Assembly: GCA_963826525.1 (NCBI GenBank)
Contig: CAWGXH010000004.1
Coordinates: 608,001-672,000 of the forward strand
Source of the DNA: an uncultured Methanomicrobiaceae archaeon
Lineage (GTDB): Archaea; Halobacteriota; Methanomicrobia; Methanomicrobiales; Methanoculleaceae
DNA length: 64,000 bases
Direction of reading: 5' to 3'
A model generated the notes under the pieces. It had not been told where the DNA came from, ran no database searches, and saw only the letters and a list, made by a program, of their open reading frames with translations. Of the stretch, positions 10,497 to 22,174 are shown one piece after another. Within the stretch, counting starts at the first letter, position 1. Every line of letters begins with the position of its first letter. The position numbers and the translations under genes were made by a program.

Positions 10497-11093
10497 ATGG
10501 CAGTCGACGATGCACTGAAGGAGTATCGGGAGCGGCGTAACTTCGACCGAACGCCAGAGCCGCCTCCCGAACCGGAGAAAACCGGGCGACAGTCTATCTT
10601 CGTCATCCAGAAGCACGATGCCCGAAATCTCCACTACGATTTCAGGCTGGAGGCGGACGGGGTGCTCAAATCCTGGGCGGTTCCGAAGGGTCTTTCCACC
10701 GACCCTGCAACGAAGCGCCTCGCCGTGCCCACCGAAGACCACCCGCTCGAGTACGCCGGGTTCGAGGGGATTATCCCGGCGGGGGAGTACGGGGCAGGCA
10801 CCGTGCTCGTCTGGGATAGGGGCATCTACCGGAATGAGACCGAACGGGACGGAACCCCGGTCTCCGTCCGCGAAGCCCTCGAGAGTGGCCATCTCTCCGT
10901 CTGGCTCGAGGGGGGGAAGCTCCGCGGCGGGTATGCCCTCACCCGCTTCAAGACCGGCAGGGACGAAGCCTGGCTTATCGTCAAGAAGAACGACGCCGGC
11001 GCGAACCCCCATCGAAACCCCGTCACCACCGAACCGCGATCCATCCTGACCGGCCGGACACTCGAGGAGATCGCAGCGGGCAGGCAGGCATGA
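10497..11093 (+). CDS. Stand-alone DNA ligase D 3'-phosphoesterase (PE) domain protein
   Basis: LKEYRERRNFDRTPEP, FVIQKHDARNLHYDFRLE, SWAVPKG, TEDHPLEY, YGAGTVLVWDRG. Confidence 0.93.
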   Translation: MAVDDALKEYRERRNFDRTPEPPPEPEKTGRQSIFVIQKHDARNLHYDFRLEADGVLKSWAVPKGLSTDPATKRLAVPTEDHPLEYAGFEGIIPAGEYGAGTVLVWDRGIYRNETERDGTPVSVREALESGHLSVWLEGGKLRGGYALTRFKTGRDEAWLIVKKNDAGANPHRNPVTTEPRSILTGRTLEEIAAGRQA

Positions 11094-11251
11094 GGCAGGA
11101 GCCGGGTCCACCCGACCGCCGTGCTCCCGGGGAGATCCCGCTGGAGATGGGAGAATACATCTGCCCCATCTGCGGCAGGATCTTCTCCACGCATGCCGAG
11201 CTCCACCGGCACGTCCTGAGAGAGCACGAAAGCCCGCCGGGACTCCGGTAA
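11090..11251 (+). CDS. 53-aa C2H2 zinc-finger microprotein (below the ORF-track cutoff)
   Basis: ATGA overlap with the PE stop; MRQEPGPPDRRAPGEIPLEMGEYICPICGRIFSTHAELHRHVLREHESPPGLR*. Confidence 0.8.
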   Translation: MRQEPGPPDRRAPGEIPLEMGEYICPICGRIFSTHAELHRHVLREHESPPGLR

Positions 11252-12000
11252 TACCAACAATTTCTACCCCCGAAGCGGGCAGGCATACCGCACACAGGAA
11301 CGTATGCGGCCCACCGCTCTGAAAAGTACCTGCTGCTCATCACGACTCGGCCCCCGACCAGCGTCCCGGGCATCTCACACACGGATGCAAGCGGCCCCGC
11401 CCGACATGAACACCTCCCAATGGCTCCCGATGCCTCCCCCGGAAAGGTGGCAGTCACCCCACCCGCATCCACCATCGGCGGACTCTCCGGCACAGACTGA
11501 TCGGAGGTGGATTTGTGTTGAAACGCAGGCATCTCATGCTGACCGCGATTCTGGCAGTTGCATGGATCTCGAGTACCGGGTGCGGCACCATGACGGCGGT
11601 GCCGCCGTAATCCAATATGAGGGTTTGCCCCGCTGCCCCGGGCAGAGGGAAATTGGACTGGCAGGGAGTGTCCGGGGGCATTCCGGTAGTCATCAAGCGC
11701 ATCCCGGGGTGTATCGTCCCCGGGCAATCTCCAAACCTGATCCGGCAAAAGAAGCAATTACAAAACCCAGATACCCGATGAATCGGTCGGAAGCCCGCCC
11801 AGGTAGTATCGAATGCAGGTGTCCTCGATCACCCAGAAAAGACCGGTGGGGGCATGAGAGAGAGAAAAAGGACTTTGGGCCATTAGCGCATACATAGTAA
11901 TAATAGATCAAAATTTTTACATACCAGAGTGCAAATAAACCGCGGAAAGTCATTTTTTTCTAATTAGGGCAAAAATTCGCATTTTATTTTGCAAGGCACA

Positions 12001-12022
12001 CGGGATACATCGAGGTATCCCG
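12001..12022. promoter_or_regulatory. Perfect inverted repeat CGGGATAC-N6-GTATCCCG in the AT-rich region upstream of the speD-like gene
   Basis: Read directly; about 35 bp upstream of an AAAAAAATTTAAAA BRE/TATA-like element at ~12053-12066. Confidence 0.45.
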
Positions 12023-12130
12023 AAACAAACAGCGTATTATCATTAGCACGATAAAAAAATTTAAAACCTGAACCGTCGACAACTACTTAGATCATTTCGA
12101 TCGGATGGAATTTCTCACAGGTGAACAAAC

Positions 12131-12578
12131 ATGACAACCAATGTTATGGCAAACAGCGCCGTGGCTAACAACGCCGCGGCATCGATGGTAAGCGATCAGG
12201 AGATCATTGCGGAGTTCAAGCAGCGCCAGGCCTGGGGGCTCTACATGAGCGTCGACCTCAAGGAATGCGACCCCGCAGCAATCAGAGATGCAGAGAAGAT
12301 TCACCAGTTCGTCGTCGAACTCTGTGACCTGATTGACATGAAACGCTTCGGCGAGCCGCAGATCATCCACTTCGGCCCGAACGAGAGGGTTGCCGGCTAC
12401 TCCATGACCCAGCTGATCGAGACCTCGTGCATCACGGCACACTTCGCGAACGAGACGAACGGAGCATACCTCGACATCTTCAGCTGCAAGGAAGTACGGC
12501 CCTGCAAAGACCGCGGAGTTCTGCAAGACCTTCTTCGGCGCAAAGTCTGTTACCTACAACGTGCTTTTCAGAGACTAA
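12131..12578 (+). CDS. speD: S-adenosylmethionine decarboxylase-family pyruvoyl proenzyme; frameshift near 12492
   Basis: WGLYMSVDLKEC, GYSMTQLIETSCITAHF, YLDIFSCKE; corrected tail YGPAKTAEFCKTFFGAKSVTYNVLFRD*. Confidence 0.8.
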
Positions 12579-12783
12579 ACAGAGCATATTTTCACCCCGG
12601 ATGTATTAACCGAAGAAATATGTTGAGAGCATGGGCTCTCGTCCGGCGTGAAGGGTGGATTGTTCGCATCCATCCGATCGCATCTTTTTTCCCGCTGCGC
12701 AGAACGGAGCAGCGAAGCGTCGAAAGCCGGCAGCTCCGGAGAATGGCGGTTTTTAAGAAGGGAACTGCAAAAAAAGAGTGGTG

Positions 12784-13680
12784 TTAGGGAGTCTCGTACG
12801 GGTTCCGGAGAGCCTTCGGCGTTCCGTCCGACTTCAGACCGAACGTCTTGCGCTCGTCGACGTGCTTCTGGTTCTTCGTGATCTTCTCGGTTGCGAGTTT
12901 CTTCACGAGGTCGAGACCGGGCTTGACACCTGCCATGTCCTTGGTCTCGAAGAGTCCAGCCGCCATGGCGCCGTCCCAGACAGCGTTACCCTTCATCGAG
13001 CGGACGAAGACGGTGCTCCATCCGTCGGGGCTTCCGACGGAACCGGTCGAGATGTCGGCGAGGTTTGCAACGTAGTCGAGGCAGACGTGACACCCGGGCT
13101 GCACATACTTGTGGATGAGCTTTAAGGGCATCTGGCTGACTGCGCCGCGCTCGGTGTAGACCGTGAACTTGCCCTTGCCGATGTCCATCTTCTTGACGGA
13201 CTCCATCTTCTGGTTGCAGTGATCCTCGACGATCGCCTCGAGTGCCTGGTAGGAGAGGTTCTCCATACAGTAGATACCGAGGACGAGGGCGATCTTGCTG
13301 TCGACGTCACGCATGCCGATCGGGTAGAGCTGGCACTTCCGGGTTGCCTGCACCTGGCAGGGCGTCCCGACGATACCGACACGGTCAAGACCGTAGCTGC
13401 GGGTTGCCTCCTTGATCAGCTGCAGGTTCGGGCTGATGGTATACCGGGTTCCGGCTGCCGCCAGGAGTTCTTCCTTCGTGGTTACGACCGTGGGCTGAGG
13501 CTTCCAGGGCTCGTCGCTCGGGCCTGCAACGATGGCACCGTCGATGATGCCTTCCTCGAGTGCATAGGCAAAGAGCGTGGTGACAATACCTCCGTCCTGG
13601 GCCTTCTTCTGGATGTCCTTGTCTGCCGACCGTGCGGATATGACAGACTTGTAGTTGCCGAGTACGTCCATTTTGGTCAC
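12784..13680 (-). CDS. frhB: F420-reducing hydrogenase beta subunit
   Basis: AQDGGIVT, AAAGTRY, VGTPCQ, GIYCMEN, GCHVCLDY, ADISTGSVGSPDGWS. Confidence 0.96.
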   Translation of the reverse strand: MTKMDVLGNYKSVISARSADKDIQKKAQDGGIVTTLFAYALEEGIIDGAIVAGPSDEPWKPQPTVVTTKEELLAAAGTRYTISPNLQLIKEATRSYGLDRVGIVGTPCQVQATRKCQLYPIGMRDVDSKIALVLGIYCMENLSYQALEAIVEDHCNQKMESVKKMDIGKGKFTVYTERGAVSQMPLKLIHKYVQPGCHVCLDYVANLADISTGSVGSPDGWSTVFVRSMKGNAVWDGAMAAGLFETKDMAGVKPGLDLVKKLATEKITKNQKHVDERKTFGLKSDGTPKALRNPYETP

Positions 13681-13681
13681 C

Positions 13682-14660
13682 TCACTTCATAGCTCCGTTG
13701 ATGGCATCGATGATACCCTCATAGTTGTTCATGACGTCGAAGTTGAACCAGCTCCTGGGGCACTGCGCGTAGCAGGCGCCGCACTTGATGCAGAGGTCGC
13801 GGTTCACGTTCGGCTTGCCGTACTCCATCGTGATGGCACGGACGGGGCAGGTGCCGGCGCAGGTACCGCATCCCATGCAGAGGGACTGGTTGATGACATC
13901 GTACATCAGGTCGCATCCGCAGGCCTCGTCACCGCGCTGTGCGAGCTGCATGAGCGGCTTTAGGTATGCGGTTGCGAGCTGCCTTCTGCTCGTCGTTGCC
14001 CTTTAAGAGCAGGTAGGCCATGACGGCGATGTTCCTGATTGCCTGGGGGCACGGGGGACAGGACGGCAGGTACAGGTCGACGTCCACCACTTCACTGATG
14101 GGGACGAAGGCTTCCTGACCAGGCTGGTTCCACTGGCCACCGCGGCAGAACCGGGTAATGTTGCCGTATGCCGCACAGGCACCGTAGGCGACCAGGACTG
14201 CCGACTTGGCTCTTGCCTGTTTGAGTTCTTCTACCGAGAGTTCGTCGTTCAGACAGCACGATCCCTCAACAAGGCACACGTCCATCTCGGGGACGTGGCG
14301 CACATCGACCAGCGTCAGGGCATAGACCAGTTCCGCATAGTCATCGAGCAGCTTGAAGAGACCCTCGTAGTTGTCTGCCAACGTCACGAGACATCCCGTA
14401 CATCCGCTCAGGTGTAATTCACCAATGGTTATCTTATCTGCCACAGGCTTTTCCTCCTTAAGTTCAATATCCACCTTTTGTTCGACACTCACATCAGAGG
14501 GCTTCACTGCAGGTTTCGTCTGCGGCAGGCTCGCTGCAGGCTTCTCCTCCGGCGTCTTCCCCGTCGGCACCGGATCCGGTTTTTTCACCGGTTCCTTCTG
14601 CTCCGGTTCGTCGCGGGGTTCCCCCATGATGATCCTTTTGATGGTTGATAGCAGCCCCAT
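13682..14660 (-). CDS. frhG: F420-reducing hydrogenase gamma subunit; frameshift near 13980; alternative GTG start at 14444
   Basis: [20 protein letters not shown], ferredoxin motifs [12 protein letters not shown] and [12 protein letters not shown]. Confidence 0.94.
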
Positions 14661-15124
14661 AATTTACCCCAATCTCTTCGAGTACAGATCTGTACCGTTT
14701 TGGGAATGGCCTTTTCAACCTCCTCAGTGAGCCCTAACTCAAACTCATGGCTGACACGCTTCGGCTGGCATCCGATGATCGTGATATCGATCACATCCTT
14801 CAGTCGCTGCAGCGGTTCGGAGAGATCCCACGAATGGGCATCACGATAGGAGCCCGGCGGCAGGTCTTCCGGCCGTATCTTTGCGAGGTCACCGGGGTTT
14901 CCGCCGAAATCGGCGATATCCACGATGATTAACTTCTTGACCGGAACTTCCCCATCCTCCATCAGGGTGAAGAGGAAATGCGGGGCACCGAGCCCCGCAT
15001 CGATCACCTTGATATTGTCGGGCAGTTGCAGTTTCTGGAGTTCCTCCACTACGGCAGGTCCAAATCCGTCGTCTGCGAAGAGAGGGTTTCCGCACCCTGC
15101 TATCACGATCTCGCGGAATAGCAT
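14494..15124 (-). CDS. frhD: Hydrogenase maturation protease; frameshift near 14686, 3' end inferred
   Basis: IAGCGNPLFADDGFG, VIDAG, DAHSW; lies between frhA and frhG. Confidence 0.92.
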
Positions 15125-15134
15125 ACGTGTACAC

Positions 15135-16504
15135 TCACTGAATGAGTTTCTGGGCCACTATCCTCTTGTCCTCATCAACCACCAGCATGTGTGTGGCACA
15201 CGACACACAGGGGTCGTAGGCACGCACGATAACTTCCGCGAGACGCCAGGGTGCACCGGTCAGTGCACGGCTGCAAGTGGGGAAGTTCCAGGTGGTCGGA
15301 ACGAGCATCGAGTAGGTACTCGACGCGGCCGTCCTTGACCTGAGCCATGTGGACGTCCGTTCCGCGGGGGGCTTCGTTTGCCGCCCAGCCGAGCGAGCCG
15401 TCACCCTGCGGGATGTAGTCCGCAACGACATCGCCGGAAGTGTTCAGTGCATCACAGTGCCTCGATGATACCGTAGGCAGTCTCGGGGAACTCCATCTGC
15501 CGGGCAATCTGCAGGCCGATGGCACCCTTCTCATCGTAATTCTTGTACTGAACGAGACGGGCACGCGGTCCGACCTCGACGGGCTGGCCGTCGTAGAGCG
15601 GAACGCCGGTGCAGGCCTGCATCTGCGGCCAGGTCTTCGTACCTACGGGTGTGGTTCCACCGATGGGGTAGTTCGGGTCAGCCTCATCGACTTCCATCTC
15701 ACCCATGTACCAGTCCCAGGGGCGCACTTCGGTGAAGCGCTCGGGGTACCAGGATGGGTTGCAGTCCAGGCTCGAGCTGCCGTAGACGGGAGCCGTGGCC
15801 ATGTAGCCCTGGTTGTGGTAGCCGAGGTCCTTCGGGATCGGGACTTCGGTTCCGCCGACCTCAGCCCAGTCACGGTTCTGGAAGTTCCGGAGAACCGCGA
15901 TCATGAACTCCATCTGGTCCTGTGCAAGGACACGTGCCTCCTTGGCAAGGTCGTAGATCTTGGCCTTGGCACGGGGGGTGATGTTCGTGTACATACCGCC
16001 GACGCGGGGGTTGCTCGGGTGGATGGCCTCGCCGCCGACTATCTCGCCGATCGTCTGCCCGATCTCACGGAGCCGCTGGATCCGGAGCGCAACGCTGCGG
16101 ACGGGCTCTTCCTTGGTGAACGGGTTGATCTTGGTGTCGGTGCCGGGGATGTACATGTCCGGGAGCGTGAGAATATTGTGGATGGCGTGGCTGTGCATCC
16201 TGTTGGCACACTGCAGGATGTAACGCAGCAACTTTGCGTCCTCCGGGATCTCACACCCGATCGATGCTTCCATCGACTCAACGCCCGCAAGCGTGTGGGC
16301 AATCGGACAGATACCGCAGACCCTCGATGCTATCTTAGGGACCTGCTCCATCGTTTTGCCGATTGCGAGTTTCTCAACGCCCCTCACGGGCGTGATGCTG
16401 AGCCAGTCTCCGCGCTCGATAATACCTTCGTCATTGACCTTCAGGACGAGCTTGGAGTGGCCTTCGTGTCTCGTAGTTGGGGAAATCTCTACAACTTTCG
16501 ACAA
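15135..16504 (-). CDS. frhA: F420-reducing [NiFe] hydrogenase alpha subunit; frameshifts near 15455 and 15317
   Basis: TTRHEGH, RVCGICPIAH, EAPRG, RAYDPCVSCATH plus cleavable tail; TTG start; Cys rather than Sec type. Confidence 0.96.
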
Positions 16505-16732
16505 TTATATCGCCTCATTCCGATATTTTGGTGTTCTGTTTGCTATACCGGGGTTACCACACAAATCTGTACAGTAATACGTACGAGGTACGTCAAAATG
16601 ACTTATGACGAAAACAGAGTTTATACCTTTCGTTTTAGCACAAAATGTGTTAGCACAAATCGCTAAAAAGGTAACACGGGATAGTATTATTCATTGACGA
16701 ATTATAAAAATTATTTAATACATACCCTGTTA

Positions 16733-17671
16733 TTACACATAGTCCCCAAGTTCTCCGACGAGCTCGGCAATAGTGGCCTTGCGCTCTGCGTACGCGTCGT
16801 GCTGGTGGATACTCTCCTCATTCGTCTGTTTTATCGTCACAACCGAGTCACCCGAGATCTGCCTGAACTGGACAATAACCTTCTTGGCCATCTCGCGCAC
16901 GCAGTCTTCCACGAATCGTGGGTTTTTATGCGCCTCCATGACGACGTAGCTCTCGTCCCCACGCTTGAGGAGTTCGTAGATACGCGCGCTCATCGAGTCT
17001 TTCAGGATCTTGATGATCTTCTCGAGGCTGACGTGCTGGTCGTCGTCGGTCTCGATGGCGAGGAAACCCTTCCCCCGCTGGTTGTGCGATGCCATCGGCA
17101 CCTCGGCGAGGAACCGGTCGATCGTCTCATCCCCGACGCCGAGCCCCGAGAGGACGTGCATCGCATGGTCCTTCATGATGTTCTGGGCACAGGGACAGGC
17201 GGTCATGCCGGTTACTTCCGCACCGATGCTCTTCCTGATGATCGGAGACCCATCGTTCCGCTGAGCGACGGCACTCGCGTGAACGTTCACCACTTCCTGG
17301 CAGTTCGTCTCGCTCACCGGCGTCTCGCGCCGGACCATAAACTGGCTCACCATCCAGACTTCGGTACGCTCCGCGTACTCGTGGCGGTCGAGCAGCCGCC
17401 GGGCGACGACGCTGCAGAGGTCTTCGATCTCCTTAACTTCACCGTCAGTAGCCTGTTGCAGCACCTCGTCGATGACCTCGAAGTTCCGCGAGAGGTTCGC
17501 ACCTTTCAGGCTCCCCGGCAGGTCGACGAAGACATCAAATGTGGATATGAATATAACCGGCCGTTTGCCGGGACGTGCAACCTCGACGAGTTTTTTGACG
17601 TTTTTAACGCCGACCCGTGTCAGATTAATTCGAACATCCGGGCAGGTCGATTGAACATCCGGTAATTCCAT
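16733..17671 (-). CDS. mptA: GTP cyclohydrolase IV (methanopterin biosynthesis)
   Basis: LPDVQ, LTRVGV, KGANLSR, GMTACPCAQ, SHNQRG, NPRFVED, ESIHQH. Confidence 0.92.
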   Translation of the reverse strand: MELPDVQSTCPDVRINLTRVGVKNVKKLVEVARPGKRPVIFISTFDVFVDLPGSLKGANLSRNFEVIDEVLQQATDGEVKEIEDLCSVVARRLLDRHEYAERTEVWMVSQFMVRRETPVSETNCQEVVNVHASAVAQRNDGSPIIRKSIGAEVTGMTACPCAQNIMKDHAMHVLSGLGVGDETIDRFLAEVPMASHNQRGKGFLAIETDDDQHVSLEKIIKILKDSMSARIYELLKRGDESYVVMEAHKNPRFVEDCVREMAKKVIVQFRQISGDSVVTIKQTNEESIHQHDAYAERKATIAELVGELGDYV

Positions 17672-17794
17672 TGCAAATCCTCAATAGATTATCGATAAAC
17701 AGGTTCACAAGCATGAACCTTAAAATAATCTATTAAGAAAATCAACCGTCGTCTCATATAATATTTATCAACCTTGCTGCCGATATCATTCTGA

Positions 17795-18793
<999 letters not shown>

Positions 18794-19022
18794 GCACCCA
18801 TCCATCTCTTTTTCCCGGAGAATCCCGATACCCGGCAGCATTTTATACCAGGCCTGCCCATTCGTGCTGCCGGGCTCTCACCTGCCGACACTGCTCCGGT
18901 GCCCTGAAGTGAGTGTGACGGGCTATGGATCGGGTCAGATCCGAAAGATACCCCCGGGAGAGCGGGTCTGCCGGTTGTTCGCGGTCGATACCGGTAAATA
19001 CCTTCCGGGAATACCACCGGGT

Positions 19023-19511
19023 ATGGCCGTCTGCATCATTTATCACTCGGAGACCGGAAACACCCGGAACGTAGCCGAACGGGTTGCCCGGGAGACCGGT
19101 GCCGACCTCGTGGAAGTAAAGGATCTCACAGGCTACTCGAAGGCGGGGATGTACCTCAAAGGCGCCCCGAAAGCCATGCGAGGCGAGAAGGCCGACATAA
19201 ACCCCGCCACCATCGACGTTTCGGGCTACGAGACCGTCGTCCTCGGCAGTCCCGTCTGGGCGTTCAACCCAACACCGGCCGTCAACGCCGCCGTCGCTGC
19301 CCTGCAGGGGATCGAGGGGAAGACTGTAATCGTCTTCTGCACAGCGGGCGGAATGCCAGGCAAGACCCTCGAGGCGATGAAGGCGATGCTTACGGAACGG
19401 GGCGCCACCGTCCGTGGGGCGATCTCGTTCACGGAGCGGGATCTGCAGAAGGCAGAGGCAACGGATGCCCTGATCGACCTTATCAGGCCACGGGCAGCCA
19501 GCAGCACGTAA
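19023..19511 (+). CDS. Flavodoxin-family protein
   Basis: YHSETGNT FMN loop, LGSPVW, FCTAGG. Confidence 0.88.
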   Translation: MAVCIIYHSETGNTRNVAERVARETGADLVEVKDLTGYSKAGMYLKGAPKAMRGEKADINPATIDVSGYETVVLGSPVWAFNPTPAVNAAVAALQGIEGKTVIVFCTAGGMPGKTLEAMKAMLTERGATVRGAISFTERDLQKAEATDALIDLIRPRAASST

Positions 19512-19562
19512 CGTGCCAAAAGCGGCAGAACCATCTTCCTCCAGGACAGACGAGATGGCACT

Positions 19563-19940
19563 ATGCAGACCGAACTTGTGATCGAATGGAGACACCCTGC
19601 AGGCGATGCCGGGGCGACCTCGGTGCGGTGCGGCGAGCACGGGGTGGTGCTCCGAGGCGTCCTTGCAGAGATCGCCACGCTCCTCGAGATGGAGGGGATC
19701 ACCGTGACCGTCGTCGAGACGCCCCTCCCGAGCGCGGCGGGTGCAGGCATCCTCTTTAACGGAACGCCGCTCGAGGATCTCATCGCGGGAATGGAGATGC
19801 CCCCCGTCCCCTCATCACCCTGCGCCTCCTGCGCCGGATGCGAGGACGAGGGCGCGTGCCCCGGGGGCGAAGAGGGGGCGGTCATGGTTCCACCCGACCT
19901 CATCGGCCGGGCTGCGCTCAAGGCGCTCGGCCGGGAATGA
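19563..19940 (+). CDS. DUF2703-like Cys-rich protein
   Basis: LVIEWRH, ILFNGTPLED, PCASC; recognised from memory. Confidence 0.55.
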   Translation: MQTELVIEWRHPAGDAGATSVRCGEHGVVLRGVLAEIATLLEMEGITVTVVETPLPSAAGAGILFNGTPLEDLIAGMEMPPVPSSPCASCAGCEDEGACPGGEEGAVMVPPDLIGRAALKALGRE

Positions 19941-20006
19941 GCGAGGGCGACGAAAAGACTCACTCTTTTTTGCAGATTTTGAAGTGAACGGAAAAATAGG
20001 GGGCGG

Positions 20007-22082
20007 TCAGTACCCGCATGATCCGGGTCGTGGTCGAGAGCGCCGCCTCGAGCTCCTCCGGCGTTATGGCAAAACTCGTCCCGTTCCAGGTGACGGTAAG
20101 GGCGTCGCCGCCTGCCCGGCCGATGACACGGTGCTCGATGCCGGCGAGGGCGGAAGTGTCCCTGCAGGCGACCAGGAACCGGCCGTAGGTCTCGGAGAAG
20201 AGCTCCTCGATCGGATCGCCGGGAAGCTCCACCGTCGATCCCGGTGCAAGCTTCGCGAGGGCGGCAAGGAGACCGCCGCGGGAGAGATCGGTGGCGGCGG
20301 TCACGCTACCCGCCCGCACGAGATTCCGGACGGTTGCCACGATGCCCGGGTCGGCGAGAGCGGGCGCCATGCCGCCGCAACCCGTCACCGCGTCGAGGAC
20401 CGAGCCGCCGAAGTCGGGTTTAGTGGTGCCGATGAGGACGAGCAGGTCGCCGTCTCCCGCAGCCGCCCACCGCCGCACCTCATCGCTCCGCCCCGCCATA
20501 CCGAGGGATGGGGTGGGCTTGATCTGGGTCTCAAGCTCGTCGCTCTCATTGTAGAGCGAGACGTTGCCGCCGACGATCGGGATCGCCATCCGGCGTGCCA
20601 TATCCCCGAGCCCGATGACGGACTGCTCGAGCTGCCAGGCGATCTCCGGGTGGACGGGGCTTGCGAAGTTCAGACAGTTGACGATGCAGAGCGGATCCGC
20701 ACCGAGGCAGGCGAGGTTGCTTGCATTCTCGATGACCGCGTTCGCCGTCCCCTCGTAGGGTTTGAGATAGATGTGATGCGGGTTGCAGCCGCAGGAGAGG
20801 ACAAGCGCTTCTCCCTCGAGCCGGAGCACTGCGGCGTCGCCTCCGTGAGAGACTGTCCGGAGCTGGACGTCCTTATCATACTGTTCGGCCACCCAGTCCT
20901 TCCAGGCCACCTCCGGATGGGCGAGCACCCGGAGGGCGAGCTCTTTACCGGGGTTATCGGCCGGGCAAACGCAGTCTCTGCCTGATACGGCCGTGTCTCC
21001 CAGGCACAGAGGGGAGCGCCGGCGACCAGAAGGTCGATCGGAAGATCAGCGGCCGTCTCACCGTGGAACGTCACGATATACCGGGGCTCTTCGATCACCT
21101 CGCCGATATCGCTCCACCGGAGATCATACTTCTCGGCGATCGTGCCCATGAGGGCGACGTCGGCCGCCTCTACCTCAAGGAGCATCCGCTCCTGCGACTC
21201 GGCGAGCATGATCTCACGGGGCGTCATACCCGTCTCCCGGAGGTGCACGCGGTCGGCGTGGATAACGGCACCGAACGTGCTCGCCATCTCGCTTGATGCG
21301 CCGGCGAGCCCCGCCGCCCCGAGGTCGCGGCAGGCAAGCACCTTGCCGGTCTCCGCCATCTCGAGGATCGCCTCGATCAGCAGCTTCTCGGTGAAGGGAT
21401 CGCCGACCTGCACACTCGGCCGATCCTCCGCCTCGGCATCCTCCGAGAGATCCCGGGAAGCGAACGACGCCCCTCCAAGGCCGTCACGCCCGGTCGATGC
21501 CCCGACGAGGACGAGGTGGGCTCCCGGCTTCTTCACCCGGGCGGTCAGGAACCGATCGGGGCGGACGGTGCCGACACAGACGACGTTGACGAGCGGGTTT
21601 CCTGCATAGCAGGGATCGAACCCGAGCTCCCCCCGGACGACCGGAACGCCGATGCAGTTCCCGTAGTCGCCGATGCCGCTGACGACGTGCTCGAAGAGGT
21701 AGCGGTTCTTCTCCGCGTCGAGCGTCCCGAAGTAGAGCGGGTCCATAAGAGCGATCGGCCGGGCTCCCATTGAGAGGACGTCACGGACGATACCTCCGAC
21801 GCCTGTCGCAGATCCGTCGTAGGGGTCGACATAACTCGGGTGGTTGTGGCTCTCCATTCCGATGGCAATGGCACAGGTATCGCTGAACCGTACGATGGCG
21901 GCGTCGTCCCCAGGTCCGAGCAGCACCGCAGGTCCTTCCGTCGGCAGCGTCTTTAAGAGAGGACGGGTGGATCGGTAACTGCAGTGTTCACTCCAGAGGT
22001 TCTCAAAGCAGGCGATCTCGACCTCGGTCAGATCGCGCTGCAGGGTTGTTCGCAGCAGTTCAAGGTCCTGGGCCGGTAACAT
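20007..22082 (-). CDS. purL: Phosphoribosylformylglycinamidine synthase II; frameshifts near 20942 and probably ~20014
   Basis: [53 protein letters not shown]. Confidence 0.96.
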
Positions 22083-22174
22083 AGTGAAAAAAGGTGTGGC
22101 TGCTACCTACATAAGCATGTCCACGAGCACCGGCAGGCAACCTTTTATTGAGGTTTCACTGCCCATGTATACGT

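Noticed and set aside
11260-11900. ORFs 11023-11757(-), 11304-11897(+) and 11454-11702(-)
   Set aside because: No recognisable motifs or RBS and atypical composition; probably non-coding or decayed DNA
15452-15456. In-frame TGA in frhA as a selenocysteine codon
   Set aside because: Not at a metal-ligand position, the downstream sequence continues in another frame, and the C-terminal motif is all-Cys DPCVSC
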